Assembly (NCBI GenBank): GCA_910592345.1
Contig: CAJVPI010000050.1
Location: forward strand, 47,027 to 67,026
Direction of reading: 5' to 3'
Length of the DNA stretch: 20,000 nt
Source: Paraglomus brasilianum
Lineage: Eukaryota
Shown piece by piece: positions 1 through 10,000 of the stretch. Below the pieces are notes generated by a model. The model ran no database searches, had not been told where the DNA came from, and worked only from the letters and a program-made list of their open reading frames with translations. Numbering within the stretch: the first letter of the stretch is position 1; each line of letters opens with the position of its first letter. Both the position numbers and the translations under genes were made by a program.

Positions 1-2895
1 AAGTTTTGGTAAAGAACTGGTCAGATGGCATTCGTGCTTTACGACAGGGATCACATAAACGACAGGTGGCTGCTACAAAGTGCAATGAGAATTCTAGGTG
101 ATTAGATTTGCGTCGAGTATTTTGATCGATAGTATCGTATACCACTACTAGAATGAAGTAGACTGAAATTTTGACATTCTGTAACAAAAAAAAAAAAGCC
201 GTTCCCATTGTGTTTTCGCAATAACATGTCACATCAGAGAAACCACTGGTAATGGAGAAGATCTTTTGAAAGTCGGTAAGCTAAATCTGGTTGATCTGGC
301 TGGCTCGGAAAATATCGGTCGCTCAGGAGCCGAGAACAAGCGCGCTCGGGAGGCTGGTGTGATCAATCAGGGTCTGCTTACTCTGGGCCGTGTAATTAAC
401 GCGCTAGTTGAACACTCGCCTCATGTGCCTTACAGGTTAGTTGGGTCAAAAGTCATCAACTGTCGATTCGTATCATGGAACCCGACGGATTATATGAATC
501 TAACGGATATATTATACCCGATTTCTGACAGGGACAGTAAGTTGACCCGTCTTCTCCAAGATTCGCTTGGTGGCAGAACAAAGACTTGCATTATCGCCAC
601 AATATCTCCAGCAAAAGTCAACCTGGACGAATCATTCTCCACGCTAGACTATGCCAATCGTGCCAAAAATATCCGTAATAAACCCGCTGTTAACCAACTT
701 TTAACAAAGAAGGCGTTAATCAAGGACTATGAGGACGAAATTGCACGACTGAAATCGAATTTGCAGGTAAACTCTTCATTTGACTATGAGGGAACGCGTT
801 ACTCTTGTGCTCGCGGCTAATTATGTTTATACGGCCATTACACTACTCCAGGCAGCATGGGATAAGAGTGGCATTTTCTTATCAAAAGATAATTACCTCA
901 GCCTGGTAAATGACAATCAAAGCCTCAAAAATCGTATCGAAGAATTGCAAATAAAGGTTCAGACACAGGAGGAGATGCGCGAAAAAGATCATCGCGTGAT
1001 TGAAGCATACAAGACGTCTCAGCGATCAATGGCTCTGGATTTTGAAGCAAAAACCGGAGAATTCAAGGCCGTTCAGGCATCTTTCAGTCAGTCGGCTCAG
1101 GTCCTGATGAACACGTTTATGGAGGAGAAGGCCAAGGTATAGATATATTTATCTCTAGCCCTGTTCTGACGTTTCGTAGAGCCAGTCTGCACTATTGATC
1201 ATTTTTAATCGCATTTTTAGGAACTTGCAGACGGTCAAAAGTACGTTGAGGATAATTTGAACAAGTTTGTCGAGCTCACACAAGCGCTGCTGGAAGGTGC
1301 TGTGGAAATGAGCGATTCGGCAAAACAATCTTTTGCCGAGATTACACGGCAATTCATAGAATTTCGCACGACAATCTCTTCAAAGTATCACGATCAGCTT
1401 GCCGCTTCAGAAAAATTGATACAGAACCTACGAGAAGAATTAAAGCGACACTTTGACAAAGTAAGGGCGATTGGCTTTGATGGGGAGGGTGTGGTTTCTT
1501 TTGCGTTATGTCTCATCCTTTTCATGCTTCGTATATAGATAAGCGCAGTTCATAAACAAACCGACACGGACATATCTGTTATCGTCGAAACAGCCGAGAT
1601 TCACGTAGACGCCATCAACACTTCGATAACATCCATAAAAAATAGTGCCAATAATCATGCCCAGGAAGTGGTAAACCAATGTTTCGGCTCATTTGTAGAT
1701 CTTTCGGCACGACAAGTTATATCGGTAGCTAATAACCCCTTTATAGATCAAACGGCGAGAAGAAGAGGTTACGCGTCTTGAGGAAGTGACCAAGGAGAAG
1801 AGACTGATGATGGAATCGATTCAAGAAGAAATAATAAGTAGAATGAAGGCGTTAATAACGGATTTGACTCGACGAGCGACGGAAACTGACAGAGAAACGT
1901 GTACGAATATGCAGAAGATAATCAAACAAGACCTTGATGATATCCTTTCTCTACATATACATTTCGGTGTTTCGTTGATTTCATGTAACATTCTTGACCA
2001 AGCTTTTTACATATGCAGAAGTTCAACCAGTCAAACGAAGAACGTTTCGGCGAGTTGATACAATCGAACGTTCGGTATCACGAAAAGTTGTTGCAACAAG
2101 TGGCATCTACCAACGATAACTTTACAGAGCTCGAGAGTGTGAGTTATCTTTATTTTGTTACAAGCACTTCTTAGGTTGTTTGTTCTGACGCGTGATTGCT
2201 TTTTACATGTGATGCAGCAAGCCGATAAATTGTTCCCGAAGATTGATTCGGTCGATTCTAACGTAAAACACTATGTTGAGGCATTTGACGTCACAGCTAC
2301 TAATGCGATGTGTACCATGGATTCGGCCGTGCTTGATGGTAAGGATAGCTTACGCACATATGTGTCTTGTAATATTTATAGACATACTAAATTGCCATTA
2401 CTTTATTGAAAGGAGAGTCGAAGCTGTCCGAGACTAGTGGCAGTCACCGTCAAACAATAGGCAATATTGGTAGCAGCGTCAAAGAAAACTGCATTCACAT
2501 TAAGACTCGACTTGAAAAGATTGGGGATGACCTTAAGAACAATTCACACAACGCTATAAAGATGGTAATTAATGGTTGTTGGAATTGACTCAATTGTCTG
2601 CATTGGATATTAAAATTTTTGTCACGTGATATAGGTACAAGAAAACGATTGTAGAACAGATTCATTCAGCAATGAGGCAGCGGCTCTTGTAGAAAACATG
2701 CGGGTCGATATGGAGCGATTGACTGCAGGAAAATTCGAAGTGAACAATGACGACACCATCTCTGACATGACCGATATGACCGTTGAAAATCGTCCCGAGT
2801 CTTTAGCATCTGTATTAACAGAAGTCAACGGCGATTGTCGAAAGCGGACACGAAGTCAAATGCCCGTGCGAAAAAAGCGTCATAAGATTGTGTAA
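1..2895 (+). CDS. bimC: Kinesin-5 (BimC/Eg5/KIF11 family) motor, 5'-truncated by the window edge. Exons: <1-97, 199-435, 532-766, 852-1136, 1221-1460, 1539-1670, 1747-1939, 2011-2138, 2218-2338, 2413-2564, 2635-2895
   Basis: Spliced translation gives the kinesin motifs NENSSRSH (switch I), [18 protein letters not shown] (switch II), [23 protein letters not shown] and the kinesin-5 neck [18 protein letters not shown] coiled-coil stalk and basic C-terminus follow. All introns are phase-consistent GT-AG except one AT-AC. Confidence 0.93.
1940..2010 (+). other. U12-type (minor spliceosome) AT-AC intron, 71 nt
   Basis: 5' splice site ATATCCTTT at 1940; branch-like TTCTTGAC at 1991-1998; terminal AC at 2009-2010. 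Removal joins G|AT and restores the frame (..[18 protein letters not shown]..). Confidence 0.88.
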
Positions 2896-2924
2896 TATTC
2901 GCATAATAAATATATACGATAAAT

Positions 2925-2967
2925 AAATACATACGTACATACATAATACATACATACATATATATAT
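2925..2967. repeat. (TACA)n/(TA)n microsatellite in the kinesin 3' UTR
   Basis: atacatacgtacatacataatacatacatacatatatat. Confidence 0.8.
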
Positions 2968-3181
2968 TAATATCTTTGCCGACTGATGACCTGTTCAGGG
3001 CACTAGAAACGAATAAGAATACAATCAACTCGAGTGGCCTTAGTTCGACTCCAGCTAATATTGCAGCATGTTAAGTTGCCAAACGTGGCATGATTTTACC
3101 AAACCCGCATTGTGCTGATCGTTTACATCAGGTAAGATATTTAGCGAATCATGGCCTTAGTTCGACCTCAGCTGATGCAGT

Positions 3182-3470
3182 ATGTTAAGTGCTGAAGAAA
3201 ACGTTGTTTATGAGTACAATCAAATCAGTAATGAACTTGTAGAAATGTTTAGAATAGGAGGAGAAAGTAGCAGTAACTTGGAAGATATGGACGATAGCAC
3301 TGAAACAACTGTTATCAGTGCTAGTGATGCATTAAGTTTGGAGATCGTACAAACACTTTTGATTCAACAAGAAAATACAAAAGAACAAGTGAAAATGGCA
3401 AATATTCTATTAGGGAAAGAAAAGCCAATATGATGTGGCAGACAAACATACTGTAGATCAGTATTTTATG
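3182..3470 (+). mobile_element. C-terminal relic of a pogo/Tigger (CENP-B-like) transposase
   Basis: Acidic tail ..EDMDDSTETTVISASDAL.LEIVQTLLIQQE.. followed by a frameshifted ..TVDQYF ending, resembling pogo/Tigger C-termini (Q-T-(I/L)-D-x-(Y/F)-F). No catalytic domain present. Confidence 0.6.
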
Positions 3471-3672
3471 CAATGTGAAATTAATAAATGTTGTCACGTG
3501 ATTTACTCACTAATGCACACTCATACCAAATAAATGCACTTTACGCGGACTGAGGTAATAAATTTTACTTGCCTGTTGATCGGAATGGGGTACATGAACA
3601 TTTTGTGCCCAATCGTAACTGTAATGAGTAGTAGCGTCAGCACTACAATAATCAGCTTTACCTCTTGTTATA

Positions 3673-4025
3673 CAAGGTCAACCCCGATAAACCGAAGATG
3701 TCGGCGCAGCCGTTTTCTTCGGATTAGCGGGGTTTCGGATTAGCGGGTTTGCTCTACGTGTATAAACCGAAGTTTATATTCAGGAAAACCATACATTCGC
3801 ATAAACGGGTAAGTGCTCGACGTTTTTTATTGTTGGATTTGTTGATTTTATATTACAAATTTCAATTTTTTGAGCAAGCTTAATTGCTGTATGTTTTCTT
3901 TTAGGTGCCATATTGTAGAACGTTTTGTCTTTGTTCGATCGAATTCTTGTTTGTATAAGAGAAGAATATTGCAAAGCAATTTTTATAGACAAATATAATT
4001 GGCTGAAATATGCGGTTTATCGGGG
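3673..4025 (-). mobile_element. Internally deleted pogo/Tigger element
   Basis: Terminus TA|CAAGGTCAACCCCGATAAACCG at 3671-3694; subterminal repeats TTCGGATTAGCGGG at 3718 and 3734; inverted copy CGGTTTATCGGGG at 4013-4025. The minus-strand ATG at 3911 encodes a CENP-B N-terminal HTH-like start (MAPKRKHTAIKLAQKIEICNIK..NP.IKNVE) that breaks off after ~33 codons. Confidence 0.7.
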
Positions 4026-4308
4026 GGAGACAATACCTGCAATAAATCACGATAGACCGATTTGTAACTCGTTTCAGCTCAATAAAGTTTTTTTGTTTAA
4101 ATTGTAGTAATAAATCTGGTTTCTCAACAACAAAGCAAGCTATCCGGTTAAAATTTAAATGAATGTAAATTTGTGTATATTTATTATGTGGAATTAGTTT
4201 TTAAACAATTTTAAAGTTTTAGGTCGTTTAGCTTGATTTTAACTTTTTCGGTAACACAAAACGTTAGTTATATATATAAATATTATCATATTACTAGCTG
4301 ACACACTA

Positions 4309-4794
4309 CAATTTTTTGTAAATATGTTTTACACTAGATGCGCTAACTTTAGTATTAGTTTCACGGTAATTGCATTTCTCGTTATGTCAATATCTGCATT
4401 TAATTGCAAATTTAAGGGGTGTCGGCGACCATCGAATAGTACCCCAGATTCAAAATTCGATTTCTCAACGAAAAAGCAAGATAGTCGGGTAATATTTTGT
4501 AAATACAATAGCGCTTTTTTTGCACTTTAAATGAGTGTAACTAAATGTAAATTAACATGTGTATTAATTTTTACCAATTTTTTAAATATTCGTGTCGCAT
4601 AACCTAATTTTACCTTTTTCGTAGGATAAAAGTCGGCTTAGGTAAATTCGTAAATTTACTACCTAAGATATTGCAATTTTTTGTGTATATACTATATAGA
4701 AGGTGCGCTAAATTCAGTATTAATTTTGCGGTGATTGTATTGCTCGTTATGCCAGTATTCTTATTTAATTGCAAATATAGGGGTGGTCGGTGAC
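4309..4794. repeat. Diverged ~120-bp direct repeat (4309-4429 and 4674-4794), 365-bp spacing
   Basis: Shared blocks CAATTTTTTGT..TGCGCTAA..AGTATTA..CGGT.ATTG..CTCGTTATG..ATTTAATTGCAAAT..GGGGTG..GTCGG.GAC at constant offset. Confidence 0.85.
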
Positions 4795-5187
4795 TTTTGC
4801 CACGGGAGTGTACAAATGCCGATCAGTGGCTTAATCAATGACGTATTAGTATTCTTAGGTACTTTCTAGACCCCTGTATGCAGAATGTGACCAATGATAA
4901 TTGATGCGCAGAAATTTGCATGTCGATTACGCATTAAGACGTTTAGTTAGAATATCGTGACTCAAAAAGATTTGCTATAAAAAACGACAGAAACTGAGCT
5001 AGTTTACGAAAAAGCTTCGCGAACTGATTTTACAAAAATCCATCCAACAGACTTATCTTTTTAAAATGTTTGCTCTCACAAGCGAATTTGTTATTGGATT
5101 ATTGATCAGAATTATCCCCTTTATTATAAAATTCACAAAGATCAGCTGCATATCATAAATTAGAAAACTGATAAAGCAATTAATTTA

Positions 5188-5475
5188 ATGGGGCCGAAGA
5201 AAAAATCCAAGACTAGCAAACAAATTGGCCAATGTGACTATACACCAGAAATCGAAAACTTATGGAACGATTTAATTCTATTATACGAAAAAAGAATTAA
5301 ATATCCAAAATTTTTGTTCAACAAAATGGTCCTCAAAATTCATAAGTTACTCGGTGAAGGAAAGAGCATTGCTGTTTCTACGATAAGAAATTTTTACCTA
5401 CGAAGAACAACTCCACGGAAGAAGTCTAGTATGGCGATTCAATGTTGGATTGAGGAGGAAAAGAAGAAAACATAA
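5188..5475 (+). CDS. Small intronless basic protein with a putative Cro/XRE-like HTH; possibly frameshifted (ancestral stop at 5567)
   Basis: 95-aa ORF with N-terminal PKKKSK (NLS-like) and HTH-like segment IAVSTIRNFYLRRTTPRKKSSMAIQCWI. TATAAAA at 4976 and AATAAA at 5638-5650 flank it. Confidence 0.55.
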   Translation: MGPKKKSKTSKQIGQCDYTPEIENLWNDLILLYEKRIKYPKFLFNKMVLKIHKLLGEGKSIAVSTIRNFYLRRTTPRKKSSMAIQCWIEEEKKKT

Positions 5476-5699
5476 ACAACGAAGATGACGAAAACGAAAA
5501 TCAAGGCATAGATGATAGTAATTTTATTATTAATAATAGCAATGGCAAAAATGATAACAATATTTAGATTCGCTTTGGGTCCAAGTATTTTCCTCCCATG
5601 CAATCACTCTCGCTTATATTTTCAAGAGCGCGCATTCAATAAATAATAAATTTATGCTTGCGAAAAATTGACTTATTTTACATGTTTGACTTTTTATTG

Positions 5700-6112
5700 C
5701 AATTGTGTCAATGTGAATCAAAGCTTAACGAATGCAATCGAGCAGTCTTTTATCAAGACTAACAATAAAGAACGATCTTTTGTTGATGGTCACCTGACCA
5801 GCACAGCGGAGGCCTTGGTGGGAATCTTCGACATTGAATCGTTTTCCTTAATTTTCTTCAAGTTTTCGTTTCTTCCTTGGTTCATCATGATGTGTTGGCG
5901 TTAAGGCTCGTTTATGGTTTATTATTTTTCGTTCTTCTTGGTAAATTTCATAAGTAATTTTTTTTTATCTAGATATTCCTGGAGAGTTTGGGTATCATTG
6001 ATTTTAAAAATGTATGGGGCAATTTTTCTCCTTGAGCTTTCTTTAAAATACTTCTAATGGGTGCTTTAATTTCTTTGGTTCCATGGTAGATTTGATGTAA
6101 ATTAGTTTCATA
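5700..6112 (-). mobile_element. Degenerate 3' end of a minus-strand ORF, possibly a Penelope-like retroelement
   Basis: Frameshifted coding relic ending YEIYQEERKIINHKRALTPTHHDEPRKKRKLEEN* (~5848), followed ~85 nt downstream by a degenerate minimal hammerhead-like motif (5712-5764). Confidence 0.35.
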
Positions 6113-6901
6113 TTAATATTTTATATAGAGATAGTCCTATATGGAACGTGTTATAATTGTTAGCAAACAACCATGCATGCCAGTTTCAATTAAATTTCAG
6201 TCATATTTTCTATAACAAATCTAAGATAGTCTATAAATTATGTTTGAGCTGCAGCTGTGCCACTAAAGCAAACCCTTCCAAATGTCACATTGATTTTTTA
6301 GTCACATCAGCCTCTCATTCATGTCACAAAACAGAATGTTCACTTTGTCTGGTTTGGTTGCAGCATGCCCCATATATTATCCCTAAATGCACTCTCTCAA
6401 CTTTTCAGTCCCGAGGAGCTAGTATTTGTGACGGCTGATGCTCGTGACCCGGAAATTGATCACATAATTAAGACTTTCCCAGTTTCTAATGATATTATTG
6501 TCTGGTTATTGACAGAAGAGGTTCGATTAAGTTAATTTTTGGAACTAGTATTTTGGTTTAGTACAGAAAAAGCTGCCGTCTACGAATACACAGTGACTCT
6601 CGAAATGTTGGAAACTTTTTTCCTCCTAATTAAACTAGCTCTATAATGCCTGTTCTGGAGTCCACAAAACAGAAGATATAAATTTTAGGGATAGAAGTTG
6701 ATGAGGAAATTGTCAAGTTTGTAAGGCTCAAGAAGGCAGAGAATAACGAAGAGTCGGATTAACGAATGTAGAAAATGTTAAACACTTGAAAGCGGTAGTA
6801 TATCACATGATATATTACTAAACTACACTATATGGAAACCTGTTGTATTTTTTGTCTCCACTATAAAGAGAGTCACTATGTAATTGACCCCCCGATTAGA
6901 T

Positions 6902-6959
6902 ACGCGTTAATCAAGACGGCACGGCCGCAGCTTAAATTGCAGTTCTTTAGTTCACGTGA
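6902..6959 (+). promoter_or_regulatory. Candidate HEATR6 promoter motifs: MCB-like ACGCGT (6902) and E-box TCACGTGA (6952)
   Basis: Motifs lie in a CpG-rich patch 85-145 bp upstream of the ATG at 7045. They are short and could occur by chance. Confidence 0.3.
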
Positions 6960-7044
6960 TGCTCGGAAATAAGATCTTGTGCCAGGATAGTAGTATAATA
7001 CTCGACAGGGTACAACAACATTTACCACGACCTTCGCCGCCGTT

Positions 7045-10000
7045 ATGACCTCAACACTTCGTAATAAACAAGGAAATAAAACGTTTTCTTCCGTCGCGTA
7101 TAAAATTCTCTATAATGACATTCGATCGCTGTCAGATAGTAATATCAATCAAATGCTTGATGCTCTATTGGCAAGCACTACTTTAACCACAGCAAATGAA
7201 CAGGACTTGATAGATCTGCTCGTCTCTGGCTGTAAAACGATAAATTACGCTGACGAACATTTTGTCTTGAAGTTTAGTAAAATAATCTTTATTGTTTGTA
7301 ATAAGCACCAGGTTCGTTTCGCCATTAATTGGTAGAGCGTTTGAGCTTAATTTGCTTGCCAATTTATGACTGATTATATGAAATGTAGATCAATCTTAAC
7401 GGCAATTCATCCAGACAGTCGCCACTGGAAGTGATATTAACATTCCTAATAAACTCGTTGCCATATGCTACCCAGCCATCGAGTGAAATCAACATTTTGC
7501 GTACATTGAGTGCGGTTCTTTTTGAGAATGGCACCAAATGTCAAAAGGTAATAGCAATTAGTCATGTTCTAATTCCATGATTCAAGATCACATTATTATT
7601 GCCGTTTGAGAATAACTATTATTACTTGACAGTTCCACGAAAGTCTCTGCCATCTTTTGTTTCCTCTCGTACGGCCAGATAACCCTAATCTTGAAACAAG
7701 ACGTATGGCTATAAATTGTCTTGGCAATCTATGTATGCGTACCGGAAACAAACTAAACGGAAAATATAAAGACATCTACGAAATATTTTTGGCTAATTTG
7801 AACTCTATGACTATTGATGATACCGCCAGTCTGAAGGTTTCTATTTGGGATATCCATTGTAACGAAAATGCAGAACAGGCTAACGTATAACTTAATGTAG
7901 GTTGTAAGCAGTACGTTACGCGCATTGCAATTGGTTGTGATTGAAGATAAGAATGTCCTTGTGGAGCCATTTGGTGCTGTCGTTGAGACGATTAAACGCT
8001 TCGTGTTCTTTAACTTCGATGGGTCAAGAGAAGAAGCGTCAATGCGAGGTATCCAGACGTTAGTTCGATGTACTGCGGAGGCGCCAAAATTTTGGTAGCA
8101 CTCGTTTGCTCGCATAGTTTAATATTGCTTATTGGATAATCGGGTTACTTCATACAATAATCTTATTGCTAACAATAGATCAGATGTTGCCAACCCAGAT
8201 GTTGCGTCGGCAATCCGCATCTACGCCTAAATCTCGACCATTGCGTCAGATGGAAGCTGGAACTCATTCGCGGAATAACAGTAAATCATGGATCAGTTCT
8301 GATTCTGAATTATCGGATGGGGATCATTTTCATCAACGGAAAACGTATGTCGATAGGCATTAATAATTTCTGTCGATATGGTTATGGTGGGGTAATTTTA
8401 ACGAGACTCATTACCAGGAACGACGGCTCACGGATAAGATTGAATGCACTTGGATGTCTGCAAGCTATAGCAAGGGTAAGCTGCGTTTGTATCTGAAATG
8501 TAGATATGTAAGATTCAAAGTTTGATTTAATGTATTATAAACCTTTATTTAAAGGCAGCCCCAAAGTTACTACATCCGCACTGGACTAAATTTCTGTCTG
8601 ATATGCATTCTGTGCCGACTTCTCCTTCTTTGTTCACTCTGATTGCTCATGATACGGTTCAAACGGTTCGCATCGCTGCTTGTTCAGCGATTATGATCAT
8701 GTTAGATGGCTCAAAAAAATATCTATCTGTTGCTGATGATCGGTCAGTATTTAAACTTTGTGAGTAATTATATTTGGGCTTTAATATTGATTACTTTACT
8801 GTTTTATTTGTTCCATCTTTGAAGAGACACAAAATCATCATTCACTTCTCTCTCGGCGAAGCTGGGCGGTCTTGTACGCGAGTTGCATACCGAATTAATT
8901 AAAACTATTGCTTTAGAGGAAGAAGTTCCGGTGTTAGTTCAATTGTTAAAGTGTGGCAACGTATTAGTTACTAATACCGCATATGAGCGACTATCTTCCG
9001 GTTATTTAAGTCGATTATTTCGGGCTGTTGTTTCGCTACTGGCTCATGAAGGTGAGTATCGCGTTCTCACGCTTTTGAGTGATTGCGTGAGTGCTAATTG
9101 TGCTATTGCTATTATAGATACGTCTATCAGAATAAGTACTCTGACTTTGCTTTCATCGATAATAAGTTGTAATTCACGTCATGATGAAGTACTGCAGTTA
9201 TTGGAAGGAAAAGTTGCATCCGATTCATCTAGCACATCTACACTGCTCCATAGCTCTAGTCTCTATAACAAAACCCTTTTACAATATTTGATAGAAACTG
9301 TTGGCGACAACAACCAACCATCTAATGTACGCATAGAAGCGTGGGGACTTTTATGTGGATGTGCTAGAGGGAGCTTTATTAATGTGAAGTAAGCAGTTTA
9401 TGTTAAAATTATTTACTAATCAAGGAGAAATGTATTTACTGTTTGCATATGACCTTAAATGTAGCTATCTCTGGAGTCAACTTGAGGTTCTGATAACTAA
9501 TGGTATGGGTACACGCGATATCAGTATCCGTACTGCTGCCATGACTTTCATGGAAGAATGTGCCAAAGCATCTTCATCAGGGAGTAACATTGAGACTACC
9601 GAAAGATTACCTGTGGTAACTATAAAACTAAGGGGGTTTCGGCGTGCTAATTTGTCAATATTTTCGCCAGATATGGTTTTTACTAATAACAGTTCTGTAG
9701 ATCGAAAGCAAGCCACCAGTATCATCAGACGAACTATTGCACTGGTGGCGTTTGATAATTGATAATCATATTAATAAGGCTGCCACCGATGAATGTCATG
9801 CTGTCCGAGCATTGAGTTGTGACTGTTTGTCTCATATACCAGATTATATATTTGCCGAATTGCCAGTGAGTGAAAGTGATTGTCAGTATACTTGCTTAGT
9901 ACTGTACTGGTATGGATATTCACTTTTATCCTATTGATTAGGATGACCGTCGATATTATTGCATGACATTTTTACTCGGTTTTGTACAAGACGACAGCCC

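Noticed and set aside
2982..3050. CTGATGA..hairpin..GAAAC as a hammerhead ribozyme
   Set aside because: Six extra nt lie between the hairpin and GAAA, and no stem I/III pairing or cleavage triplet was found.
6480..6762. Plus-strand relic ending ..LGIEVDEEIVKFVRLKKAENNEESD*
   Set aside because: Possibly a pseudogene end, but it has stops, unclear splice sites and no recognisable family.
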